A stretch of DNA of 64,000 nt from an uncultured delta proteobacterium (GTDB taxonomy: Bacteria > Myxococcota_A > Polyangia > Polyangiales > Polyangiaceae): assembly GCA_963696385.1 (NCBI GenBank), contig CAVOKF010000007.1, forward strand, positions 704,001 through 768,000. The letters are read 5' to 3'. The notes under the pieces were generated by a model. It ran no database searches. It was given only the letters and a program-made list of their open reading frames with translations, and was not told the origin of the DNA. Each line of letters starts with the position of its first letter. The stretch's first letter is position 1. The position numbers and the translations under genes were made by a program. Below, piece after piece: positions 47,815 to 59,307 of this stretch.

Positions 47815-49065
47815 ATGTCTTCATTCCTTCCGGTAGCCGACCAGATCGCCTGGCTCGAGCGCGGCATCGAGGACTTTCACGTGCGCGCCGAGCTCGAAGA
47901 GCGCCTCGAGGAATCGAGGTGCATGGACCGGCCGCTGCGGGTCAAGGCGGGCTTCGATCCGACGCGGCCCGACCTTCACCTGGGCCACTGCGTGCTCCTG
48001 CAGAAGATTCGGAATTTTCAAGACCTCGGGCACACAGCCCTATTCCTCATCGGTGACTTCACGGCGATGGTCGGAGACCCTACCGGCCAGAGCGAGAGCC
48101 GACCCCGCCTGACGCGCGACGAGGTCCAGCGCTCCGCGGAGACGTACCTGGAGCAAGCGTTCAAGGTGCTCGACGCTCAGAGGGTGGAGCTGCGGCGCAA
48201 CAGCGAGTGGCTGGACCGCATGTCGCTCGTCGACACCGTCGAGCTCATGGCGAAGACGACGGTCTCGCGAATGCTGGAGCGCAAGGATTTCCGCCAACGA
48301 TTCGAGCAAGAGCGTCCAATCCATCAGCACGAGTTTCTCTACCCATTGCTCCAGGCGTACGACTCGGTCGCGCTCGACTGCGACGTCGAACTCGGCGGGA
48401 CCGATCAGCTCTTCAACTTGCTCATGGGACGCGAGTTGATGGCCAAGTACGGCAAACGCGCACAGATCGTGATGACGACGCCGATTCTCGAGGGAACCGA
48501 CGCTCGGATCGAAGGGGGCGTCGTCGTCGGCAAAAAAATGAGCAAAAGCAGCGGGAACACGATCGGTCTTCAGGAGGAGCCGGCCGCGATGTTCCGCAAG
48601 GCGATGCAGATCGACGACACGGTCGTCTTCCGATTCTTTCGCCTTCTATCGGGCAAGAGCGCCGAGGAGATCGCGGCGCTCGAGCGGGACAAGGCGAGCG
48701 GCCGCAGCCCGTTGGAGATCAAGGCGCTCTTTGCGGCCGAGATCGTCGAACGCTTCCACGGCGCGGAGGCCGCCCAAAAGGCGGCACGTGACTTCGAGAA
48801 TGTCTACGGCCGCGATCGCGTGCCCGACGTCGTGCCGCGCTTCGAGCTGACGCCACCCGGTGGGGTCGCGGAGCTCGCTTGGGCCCTCAAGCAGGCGAAT
48901 CTGGTCGCCTCCACGACCTTAGCCCGGCGCTTGGTCGAACAGGGCGGCGTGGAGGTCGACGGGCAGCGGGTGACCGATCCGAAGGCCCGGCTCGATCCCG
49001 GCACCGAGCGGCTGGTACGAGTGGGGTCGAAGAATCGCCGATTCGCGCGAATCTTGGTCAAATGA
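47815..49065 (+). CDS. tyrS: tyrosine--tRNA ligase
   Basis: GFDPTRPDLHLGH, YPLLQAYD, ELGGTDQLFN, KMSKS, S4 domain. Confidence 0.97.
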   Translation: MSSFLPVADQIAWLERGIEDFHVRAELEERLEESRCMDRPLRVKAGFDPTRPDLHLGHCVLLQKIRNFQDLGHTALFLIGDFTAMVGDPTGQSESRPRLTRDEVQRSAETYLEQAFKVLDAQRVELRRNSEWLDRMSLVDTVELMAKTTVSRMLERKDFRQRFEQERPIHQHEFLYPLLQAYDSVALDCDVELGGTDQLFNLLMGRELMAKYGKRAQIVMTTPILEGTDARIEGGVVVGKKMSKSSGNTIGLQEEPAAMFRKAMQIDDTVVFRFFRLLSGKSAEEIAALERDKASGRSPLEIKALFAAEIVERFHGAEAAQKAARDFENVYGRDRVPDVVPRFELTPPGGVAELAWALKQANLVASTTLARRLVEQGGVEVDGQRVTDPKARLDPGTERLVRVGSKNRRFARILVK

Positions 49066-50060
49066 CGGTCCCCCGGCGGCGGGCGCTCGCCGCGCTGGGA
49101 GTGCTCAGCGCGGCCGCCTGCGGCGTCCCGTCGGCGCGCACGTCCATCGTCCAAGAAGCACCGAGCCCCCTCTTGGTCGATCCGCTGGTCGACCTCGTTG
49201 CTATTGCCCGTCTGGCGTGGCTCGTACAGTTGAGACCCCGCGACCTGATGAGCCAGCCGACGTTCGCGCGCGCCCTAGCGACCCTCATCCCCGCGTGGCG
49301 CTTCGACGCGCTCGCCGAGCACCACGGCGGAGTGGACATCCGCCGTGCGAGCGAATTGGTCGTAGCCGGATATCCCGAAACGACCTTGGTTTTGGCGCGG
49401 GTCGACGTGGACGCAGCGCGCGTCGAACGGGCGTTCTCCGAGCGGGCCGCGGCCGTCGACGGGCGAAGCGTCGAGCGCAGCGTCACCAGGGTCTGGGGAG
49501 CGGCGGGCGGCACGCGCGCCCAGCTTGCCGTCTTCGGTCGCGAAGCGGTGGGGATCGAGCGCGGGCGACCGGGTCCGCTGGGCGCGGCGGTGTACTTCGC
49601 GGAAAAGCGGCTGAAGCGATCGGTGCCCGCCCTGCGGGCCGAGCCCCTCGCGGCGGCGGCCGAAGGGATCGGTGACGCGCCGATTCGCGCCTTCGCTGCG
49701 GGTCCGTTCGATGAACGGTGGGGCGCCGGCCTCGGGGGGTTGCTGCGCGCCACCACCGCCGCCGGCGCGTCGTTGCGGGCTTCCGGCTCCCGCGAGAACA
49801 CCTTTGTGGCACGTTGCGTGCTGACGGGCTCCTGGGGCGACGCCAGTGCGGCCGCCGCCCAACGGTTCGGCGCGGCATTCGACCTCTTCGCGAACGACCC
49901 GATCGGCCGCCTCACGGGCCTCGACCGGCCCGCGACGGCCTGCCGCGTGCAAGCCGATTCGGAGGCCCTGAAGCTCGAAGTCGGCCTCGACGCAGAAGCA
50001 CTCGCCCGGGGGCTTGCCGCGGTGACGACCGGAACGCTCGCCGACATACTTGCCCTTTGA
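49062..50060 (+). CDS. hypothetical lipoprotein
   Basis: MTVPRRRALAALGVLSAAAC; ATGA overlap with the tyrS stop. Confidence 0.7.
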   Translation: MTVPRRRALAALGVLSAAACGVPSARTSIVQEAPSPLLVDPLVDLVAIARLAWLVQLRPRDLMSQPTFARALATLIPAWRFDALAEHHGGVDIRRASELVVAGYPETTLVLARVDVDAARVERAFSERAAAVDGRSVERSVTRVWGAAGGTRAQLAVFGREAVGIERGRPGPLGAAVYFAEKRLKRSVPALRAEPLAAAAEGIGDAPIRAFAAGPFDERWGAGLGGLLRATTAAGASLRASGSRENTFVARCVLTGSWGDASAAAAQRFGAAFDLFANDPIGRLTGLDRPATACRVQADSEALKLEVGLDAEALARGLAAVTTGTLADILAL

Positions 50061-50106
50061 CGGCGCGTCCGCACGCGGCTGCGGAAAGTGTGGCACGCTG
50101 TCCGGG

Positions 50107-50961
50107 ATGGCGGCCATGGCCCCCCGCTCCCCGCCTCGCGAGCCCGGCGGATCCACGCCCTGGACCGCCCGCGCGCCGATGCTGGGGGCGCTCGGCGCAG
50201 CGGCGATCGGCCTCGGAGGTTGCGTCGCCTCGATTTGCGAGGAGCGCGTGTACGGTCTGCCGCACCCGGCGATCGATGCCCAAACGCAGGTCGTCGCCGT
50301 GCGGGGGCCCAGCTTCTCCCGGGTGCAGGCCACGGCGCGCGGCAGAAGCGTCGACGTGAGCGTCGAGGAAGTGGCCGAGTGCCGCGACGAAAGCGTGACG
50401 GCCCCGATGGTCCGTGACGTCGAGCTCCGGCGTACGTTCGTGGACGACGCGCAGGAGCGAAACGGGGCGCTCGCCATACTGGCCGGGGGCGCCATCGCTC
50501 TGCTCACGTACGGCGCCCACCAAGCGGACTGTTCGGCGGGCGATCACGCGTGCACCGACGTCATTTCGACGACGAGGACCTTGGCGTACGCCACGCTCGC
50601 AGTCGCCGCGATTCCGGTGGCCATGCTCGCGTACAACGCGATCGTCGTGCAGAGTCATTCCACGATCGATCGCGCGCCCCCCGTGACGAGAGCCACACCG
50701 TGGACACCCTGTCCGACGCGACCTGTCCCCCACGAAGAGGTCGAAATGACCGTCGGGGGGCGCACGCTGCGGGGCGTCACCGGTCCGGACGGACGCGTGG
50801 CCCTGGACCTCTCGACCGTTCCGGGGGATGACGTCGCGCACGCCAGCGAGGCGATCGTCCACCACGCAGGCTCTCCCGACATCACGGTCAATCTCGTCTC
50901 TCCCACGATGGCGCCGCCGGTCTCGACGGCGCCCCCGAGCCCCGGTTCAAAGACCCCCTAA
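50107..50961 (+). CDS. hypothetical lipoprotein/membrane protein
   Basis: AAIGLGGC lipobox-like segment, two internal TM helices, C-terminal GVTGPDGRV; start uncertain. Confidence 0.65.
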   Translation: MAAMAPRSPPREPGGSTPWTARAPMLGALGAAAIGLGGCVASICEERVYGLPHPAIDAQTQVVAVRGPSFSRVQATARGRSVDVSVEEVAECRDESVTAPMVRDVELRRTFVDDAQERNGALAILAGGAIALLTYGAHQADCSAGDHACTDVISTTRTLAYATLAVAAIPVAMLAYNAIVVQSHSTIDRAPPVTRATPWTPCPTRPVPHEEVEMTVGGRTLRGVTGPDGRVALDLSTVPGDDVAHASEAIVHHAGSPDITVNLVSPTMAPPVSTAPPSPGSKTP

Positions 50962-51054
50962 ATGCCCCTCAATTCTCGCTTTGTTCGGCCGGTGATTGAC
51001 GCCGGCAGGCCGCTGATGGTAGCGCACCCCGCTCGCTTCGCCTTCGAAACCTCG

Positions 51055-51873
51055 ATGAATCGCCCCGCCCGCTCTGGTTCGGCCGCTCGTGCCGTCGCCT
51101 CCACAACTCGCGGCGGCGCGCCGCCGTCTGCCGCCAAAAGCCGTCCAAAGCGGCCCGCCGCGGCAGCTCCGCCCTCGCGACGGACTTCGACCGCCGCGCC
51201 GGCTGCACCGGTGCGATCGGGGAGCCCTCCCGCCGCAAAGCGGGTATCGGGTTCGACCCCGACGGCGCAAACCGCCGCCGTGGCGCCGAGCGCACCGCCG
51301 CCGCCGGCCGCGCCGGCCACTCGCCTGTCGTCCCGACCCTCAATCCCGGGCGTGTACATCGCTCCTCCCATGTCGAATACGCCTGCGCCCGACTTCAAAG
51401 TCGGCGACAAGGCCGTCCACCCCGCGCACGGTGTGGGTGAGGTCACTGCCGTCGAACAACGCGAGATCGGCGGGACCCGGACGACGTTCTACGTGCTGCG
51501 CATCCTGGACAATGCGATGAAGGTGATGGTGCCCACGACGGCAGCCACTCAGGTGGGTCTTCGGAGCATCATGAGCGATGCGGAGGCCAACGAGATCCTC
51601 ACGACCATGAAGGCGCGCGAAGTCGCCGTCGACGTCCAACCGTGGAGCCGCCGGTTTCGCGTGTATACTGAGATGATCAAGAGCGGCTCGGCCACGGAAA
51701 TCGCCAAGGTGCTGCGTGACATGAACCGCCTCAAGTTCGACAAGGAATTGTCGTTCGGCGAGCGGCGCTTGCTCAATCAGGCACGCAGCTTGCTCCTCAA
51801 AGAGCTGGCGTTCGCAAAGAAGAAGACCGAGGCCGAGATGGCCGAAGAAATCAAGCGCATCTTCAGCACCTAG
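51055..51873 (+). CDS. CarD/CdnL family RNAP-binding regulator (core domain from ~51370)
   Basis: FKVGDKAVHPAHGVG, VGLR, WSRRFRVYTEMIKSG, LSFGERRLL; resembles M. xanthus CdnL. Start could be 51055 or 51370. Confidence 0.92.
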   Translation: MNRPARSGSAARAVASTTRGGAPPSAAKSRPKRPAAAAPPSRRTSTAAPAAPVRSGSPPAAKRVSGSTPTAQTAAVAPSAPPPPAAPATRLSSRPSIPGVYIAPPMSNTPAPDFKVGDKAVHPAHGVGEVTAVEQREIGGTRTTFYVLRILDNAMKVMVPTTAATQVGLRSIMSDAEANEILTTMKAREVAVDVQPWSRRFRVYTEMIKSGSATEIAKVLRDMNRLKFDKELSFGERRLLNQARSLLLKELAFAKKKTEAEMAEEIKRIFST

Positions 51874-51899
51874 CGCGTTCCTGCAGTATTCTTGGATCC

Positions 51900-52169
51900 A
51901 TGTTCGATCCGAGGGTCCTCGACGATGCCCTGGCGACGGTGCGCCGAACGCTGGATCGGTTGACCGAGCGCGGGCAAAACGACGCCGCCTTCGACATCGC
52001 GCGCGCTCAGTTCGCCGCGAGCATCCGGGCGTCGTGGCCGGCCAACGTTTCCGCGCTCGCGCGGGCCATCGATGACGCCCTGGCCAACTCCGGCCTTGCG
52101 CTCCCCGCCGAAGAGGAGGCCGAGCTGCGCCGCGCAGCCGCCGTTCTTCGCGGCGTGCCGCACGGCTGA
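51900..52169 (+). CDS. small helical hypothetical protein
   Basis: 89-aa ORF tightly packed between the carD-like and mglA-like genes. Confidence 0.7.
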   Translation: MFDPRVLDDALATVRRTLDRLTERGQNDAAFDIARAQFAASIRASWPANVSALARAIDDALANSGLALPAEEEAELRRAAAVLRGVPHG

Positions 52170-52172
52170 GCC

Positions 52173-53387
52173 ATGGCATCCATCAACCGGCTCAAGCGAG
52201 AGCTCGTATTCAAGATCGTCTTTTACGGTCCGGGTCTCGGAGGCAAGACGACGAGCCTCAGGCACATCCACACGGCGACCAACCCCGAGAACCGTGGCAA
52301 CTTGATCTCGCTCGCGACCGATACGGACCGCACGCTCTACTTCGACTACCTGCCCATCAAGCTTGTCAAGCTCGGGGACATGGGCGTCAAGTTGCAGCTG
52401 TACACGGTGCCGGGTCAGGTCTACTACGCCGCCACGCGCAAGCTCGTGCTCAGCGGCGCCGACGGAATCGTGTTCGTCGCCGACACGCAAACGGCCCGAT
52501 ACGATTCGAACCAAGAGTCGCTCGACGATCTCAACCTGAACCTCGCCGAACAGGGTCGCAAACTGAGCCGGGTGCCGCACGTGTTCCAGTGGAACAAGAG
52601 GGACTTGCCGGCGCTCGTAGCGGTGGACGAACTCGATCGACGGCTGAACCTGTTCGGCGCCCCCGCGGTGCCCACGATCGCCACCTCGGGCCAAGGGATC
52701 TTCGACATTCTCGAGCGCATCACTCGGCTCGTCGTAGAGGGATATCGGGCCGATCTACCGGGCGTTACACGCAACGACGGATTCCCGCTGTTTCTCGACG
52801 CCGAAGAAATGGGGCTCGCCCTCGCGATCAAGGGACTAGCCGACTCGCAACCGGGCCGGGTGCAAGCGAGCGCGCGGCGCGAGGCAGCCCTGCCCGCCGT
52901 GATGGCGCCCATCGAGGGGACGTTGCCTTCGCACACGCTCTCCTCGGCTCCGACGCCGGCTCCGTTGCGAGCTCGATCTCCGCAGCAGCCGGCGGCCGGC
53001 CCTCCGGCGGACCTCGGGCCATCGGAGGCCAACGGTCTTGCGTTCACGTTCGCCGAAATCTGGCCGGGTGGCGATCGCGACGTCGTCCGACGAATCGAGC
53101 GGGCGCTGTCCGCGAGGGACGCCGTGGCCGCGATCGCCGCCTGCGAGATCCTGGTCGCACGAGTCCTGGCGGGGGTGTGGACCCAGGTCGGTGACGCGAA
53201 GCGCTCCCCCGATCCGGCCACCTTGGTGATGCTGCTCGGTTTGGATGGCCCTCGTTACATCGAATTCCTGAACGTCGTTCGCGCTGCGCGGTCGCAACCA
53301 GCGCCCACGCTGCACGACGCGCTCGGGTCCTACGCATTCGCCCTACAAGCACGCCTAGCGTTCGACCGCACTCTGCGGGACGGGTGA
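52173..53387 (+). CDS. MglA-family small GTPase with C-terminal extension
   Basis: KIVFYGPGLGGKTT, DRTLYFD, LYTVPGQVYY, NKRDL; ~210 extra C-terminal residues. Confidence 0.92.
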   Translation: MASINRLKRELVFKIVFYGPGLGGKTTSLRHIHTATNPENRGNLISLATDTDRTLYFDYLPIKLVKLGDMGVKLQLYTVPGQVYYAATRKLVLSGADGIVFVADTQTARYDSNQESLDDLNLNLAEQGRKLSRVPHVFQWNKRDLPALVAVDELDRRLNLFGAPAVPTIATSGQGIFDILERITRLVVEGYRADLPGVTRNDGFPLFLDAEEMGLALAIKGLADSQPGRVQASARREAALPAVMAPIEGTLPSHTLSSAPTPAPLRARSPQQPAAGPPADLGPSEANGLAFTFAEIWPGGDRDVVRRIERALSARDAVAAIAACEILVARVLAGVWTQVGDAKRSPDPATLVMLLGLDGPRYIEFLNVVRAARSQPAPTLHDALGSYAFALQARLAFDRTLRDG

Positions 53388-53390
53388 CGT

Positions 53391-53807
53391 TTACGTGCCG
53401 GTCACGTGCACGATGAACTCGCGCCGATGGCCTTCGCGCCGGTGCTCCCATACGTACAGGGCCTGCCAGGTCCCCAGCCCGAGCTCACCGCGCACAATCG
53501 GGATCGATTCGCTCGAGCGCGTGATGGCGGAGCGCAGGTGGCTCGGCATGTCGTCCAGGCCTTCGTCGTCGTGTTCGTAGGCGCGACCCTCCGGCGCGAG
53601 GGCATCCATCCATCGGCCCAGATCGCGTAGAACCGCGGGATCCGCGTTTTCCTGAACGACCAGCGACGCGCTCGTGTGGCGCAAGAAGACCGTGCATAGC
53701 CCGGTGTTCACACCGGCTTCGGCAACGACGCGAACGACGTCCGCCGTGACGTCGTAGAAACCGCGGCCGCGGGTCGAGCAGGAAAGTGTTCGCTGGTGAA
53801 TTTTCAT
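53391..53807 (-). CDS. yjbQ: YjbQ/UPF0047 family protein
   Basis: HTSASLVVQENADPAV, HDDEGLDDMPSH, LGTWQ. Confidence 0.93.
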   Translation of the reverse strand: MKIHQRTLSCSTRGRGFYDVTADVVRVVAEAGVNTGLCTVFLRHTSASLVVQENADPAVLRDLGRWMDALAPEGRAYEHDDEGLDDMPSHLRSAITRSSESIPIVRGELGLGTWQALYVWEHRREGHRREFIVHVTGT

Positions 53808-54775
53808 CGCGCACCGGCGTCGACAGCGCACATGGCCAACGTCGGAAAGACGCAGAACTGACCGGCGCATACGGCAGGGGCCAAGCAGTCGAGGCCCTGG
53901 GTGACGTCGCACGGGTCGCCGTCCACCTCGGGCGGAAAACAGATGCCGTAGCACGTGGCGTCACCGCCGCAGGTCGTGGGCGTCGACGACTCGCCGCACG
54001 ATTGGTTGTACCCAAGGACATCGAAATCGGCGCAGCGCCGAGTGGCGTCGCAGTATTCGGCGACATCGGCGCACGGCGAGCCGCCCGCGCAACCCTCTTC
54101 GATGCCCGTGAGCGGGCCGCAGCCATTGCCGCAAGGCTCCAACGGCTGCGCCGCCGGTGCGCAGACGCGCTCTGCCGCCCCACCGTCGGCGGACTCCGGA
54201 GCCTCGCAATTGAGGCTCGCACAGTCGACCGCTACGCTACATGACTCGCCCACCGCACGCGCGCCCATGCAGGGGATGCCGGATCCGTCGATCCCTGCAT
54301 CGCAGTCTTGGCCGGGCGGACAAGCCGCAGCGCAGGGATTCGACAAGCACGTGCCGCATACCCCCGAGCACGCCCCACTCTGGCACGCTTCGTCGAACAC
54401 GCAGGTGCCACCGGCGGGAGTCCGGCCCGACGGCAGACAGTCCAACGGAAGATACGCGACCGACGAGCTGCACGAGGGCGGGTACTGGCACGACTCCAAC
54501 TTTTGCTCGTTGAAGACCACGTTCGGATCGCTCGCCACCAGTTCGCACAAGATCGTGGATCGCGCGACGCATTGATTTTGGCTGACCCACGGCGAGTAGG
54601 GCGGGCAACGAGCCTCGTACGCGCAGACGGTCAGCGCCCACGCGCCGCAGGCAGACGCATAGCGAGCGCTCGGAGTCCCGGCGTCCACGGGCAGGATAAC
54701 GAAGCTAGACTGACCACTGCACCCCAGAAGCAAAGCGGACAGACCGAGGGCACGAAGACGGGCCCGCCGCGGCAT
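53804..54775 (-). CDS. Cys-rich lipoprotein
   Basis: Lipobox LLLGC; more than 30 Cys with GxxC...C..CxS..C motifs. Confidence 0.8.
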   Translation of the reverse strand: MPRRARLRALGLSALLLGCSGQSSFVILPVDAGTPSARYASACGAWALTVCAYEARCPPYSPWVSQNQCVARSTILCELVASDPNVVFNEQKLESCQYPPSCSSSVAYLPLDCLPSGRTPAGGTCVFDEACQSGACSGVCGTCLSNPCAAACPPGQDCDAGIDGSGIPCMGARAVGESCSVAVDCASLNCEAPESADGGAAERVCAPAAQPLEPCGNGCGPLTGIEEGCAGGSPCADVAEYCDATRRCADFDVLGYNQSCGESSTPTTCGGDATCYGICFPPEVDGDPCDVTQGLDCLAPAVCAGQFCVFPTLAMCAVDAGAR

Positions 54776-54809
54776 CGACCCAGCGTATGACGTCCGCCGC
54801 AAGCGCTCC

Positions 54810-57092
<2,283 letters not shown>

Positions 57093-57147
57093 CGAGCCCG
57101 CGCGATCCGCCAGGGAGGCACCGACCGAGCCGAGCGCATCGCGGCGA

Positions 57148-57894
57148 TCAGCGCGACTCGTACACGTGCATCGCCGGAAGCTCAAGCGCGGTCAAGAAGC
57201 CTCCCTTGCCGGCACCCGTGTCGAGCCCCACGCAGCACGGGCCGGCCCAGACGTCGAGCGGGTCCTCGGGGGTGTACGTGCTCAGCTCCGGCGGCAAAAA
57301 CGCCGTCGCGGTGTGCCCGAACACGACGAGCTTGCCCCGGTAGTTGCGAAAGAAGTCGTCGTCGCGAAGCCAAAGCAGGGTCGCCCGGAGGGGCACTTCC
57401 GACGGATGCAGAAATCCGTTTGGGCCCCGCGGCAAGCCCGCATGAACGTAAATGGCGTGCTCGTCCTCGTACCAATGCGGCAGCCCCTGCATCCATTCGA
57501 CGACGTCATCCGGAAAGAAAGCTCCTGCGAGTAAGGCGCGCATTTCGTCGGGCCGCGGCTTTTCGTCCGGCACGACGAGAGGGCCTCCCGTAAACGATCG
57601 CATCGCGGCCAGGCAACCGTTGCCGGCCGGCGTCACGTACTCCGGCCAGCCCGTTTCGATCACGCGAAGCCAAGCGTCCTCGTGGTTGCCCCGGAGCGCG
57701 AACACTTTCGCCGGTCCTCCGCGCGCAAGGGTACGAATGAAGTCGATGACTTGAGCGGATCTTGGACCCCGGTCCACGTAGTCGCCCAGGAAAACGATCG
57801 TGTCGGTCGACTGCAACGGTGGAAGCCGCCCGAGCATGCACTCGAGCGCGTCGAGGTCGCCGTGAATGTCGCCGATAGCGAACGTGCGAGCCAC
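57148..57894 (-). CDS. PPP-family metallophosphoesterase (Ser/Thr phosphatase-like)
   Basis: GDIHG, GDYVDRG, GNHE, HAG, FGHT, DTG. Confidence 0.93.
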   Translation of the reverse strand: MARTFAIGDIHGDLDALECMLGRLPPLQSTDTIVFLGDYVDRGPRSAQVIDFIRTLARGGPAKVFALRGNHEDAWLRVIETGWPEYVTPAGNGCLAAMRSFTGGPLVVPDEKPRPDEMRALLAGAFFPDDVVEWMQGLPHWYEDEHAIYVHAGLPRGPNGFLHPSEVPLRATLLWLRDDDFFRNYRGKLVVFGHTATAFLPPELSTYTPEDPLDVWAGPCCVGLDTGAGKGGFLTALELPAMHVYESR

Positions 57895-57994
57895 GATTGG
57901 CCACTATAAATCGAAGGCGCGCGGAACGGAAATGGACCGCCGTCCGACCTTGCGCGCCGACGCCGACCGAGACCCCCGCGCCCTCGGCACAACC

Positions 57995-58492
57995 TCAGGG
58001 GTTCGGAGTGCGCCCAGCGCCTTGGCCAAGCCGCTGCGTCTCGAGCCGTCGGACGACCTCGAGAGCGCTCTCGGCGTGTTGATGAAAGCGAAACTGCGAG
58101 ACGAGCACGTGGCGAACGACCCCGTCTCGATCAATGACGAACGTCGCGCGGCCCGGCAACAGGCCGAGCGTGGGGCGCACGCCGTAGAGCGCTCGCACCT
58201 TGCCATCGACGTCGCTCAGCAGCGTCATCGGCAAGCGGTGCTTGCTTGCGAAGCGCTCGTGAGACCCCAACGAGTCGGAACTGATGCCGACCACTTGGGC
58301 GCCGGCCATCACGAAATCGCCGTTCAGATCGCGGAACGTGCACGCCTCGACGGTGCACCCCATCGTATGGTCTTTGGGATAGAAGAAGACGACCACGGTG
58401 CGCTGACCGAGCAACAGAGAGAGGGTGACGGACTCGCCGGTCGTCGAGGGCAAGGTGAAGTCCGGAGCTCGGTCGCCGACAGCAACGGTCAT
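57995..58492 (-). CDS. bcp: peroxiredoxin Bcp/PrxQ
   Basis: GDRAPDF, FYPKDHTMGCTVEACTFRD, LLSD, RATFVID. Confidence 0.93.
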   Translation of the reverse strand: MTVAVGDRAPDFTLPSTTGESVTLSLLLGQRTVVVFFYPKDHTMGCTVEACTFRDLNGDFVMAGAQVVGISSDSLGSHERFASKHRLPMTLLSDVDGKVRALYGVRPTLGLLPGRATFVIDRDGVVRHVLVSQFRFHQHAESALEVVRRLETQRLGQGAGRTPNP

Positions 58493-58530
58493 AGGGGCAC
58501 TCCCAGCACTTGGATGATCCGAGCGAGCCG

Positions 58531-59169
58531 TCAGTCGCTCGCGGCGATCTTGTCGCGAAGCTTCTTCACGATGTTGGGATAGCCCTCGTTCGGGTTGTGC
58601 ATCTTCTTTCTGAACTGGTCGTAATAATTTTTGGTCAAGCTGGAGCCCTCGGTCACGATGTCGACCACTTTCCAGCCGGCCGGTGTCTGCTTGACGATAT
58701 AGTCGACGCGCACCGGAGGCTCGCGGGGCTTGAGGCGGTCTTGCGCTTCGGTCATGACCCGCGTATCTCCGGCGGCGTCGCGCGAGCCGCGGTAGTTGAT
58801 GTCGTAGTCGAGCGTCTTCGTCAAGTTGCGCTGGTACGTCTTGCTCACCAGCTGTTCGAGCAGGCCACGGACCTCGGATCGCTGCGCGTCGCTGTAGCCG
58901 ATCCATAGGTCTTCGCACGAAGGCTCGGAGAGCGGACAGGGTTCACCGAACGCGCGGTGGGTCAGTTCGTCGTAGTCGACGAAGGTGCCAAGTGCGCGCT
59001 GCAGCTGGGCGTGTCGCTCGGCCGATTCGGGCTCGTGCAGCAACTGCTCGAGGTGATGGTGCTGGCGTTCGACGAACGCATGGGGGTCCTCCGCGGCGGC
59101 GACAGCAGGCCCCATGAGCGCGACCGCGCTCAGTGCCGATGAAATCCCGATGATGTGGCGAAACGACAT
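58531..59169 (-). CDS. mlaC: MlaC/Ttg2D phospholipid-binding protein
   Basis: Signal peptide; VDY...WKVVDIVTEGSSLTKNYYDQF. Confidence 0.85.
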   Translation of the reverse strand: MSFRHIIGISSALSAVALMGPAVAAAEDPHAFVERQHHHLEQLLHEPESAERHAQLQRALGTFVDYDELTHRAFGEPCPLSEPSCEDLWIGYSDAQRSEVRGLLEQLVSKTYQRNLTKTLDYDINYRGSRDAAGDTRVMTEAQDRLKPREPPVRVDYIVKQTPAGWKVVDIVTEGSSLTKNYYDQFRKKMHNPNEGYPNIVKKLRDKIAASD

Positions 59170-59307
59170 GAGACTTGACCTCGAAAGCAGACAACAGAGC
59201 CTCGCCGGCACTGCAAGCGCCGCCTGGGGGAAACCAGGCGAGAAGGCGCAACAATGGCGCACAAGTCATCGTAGCGCTGCGGACATTCAATCGGTTGGAT
59301 TACTCAT

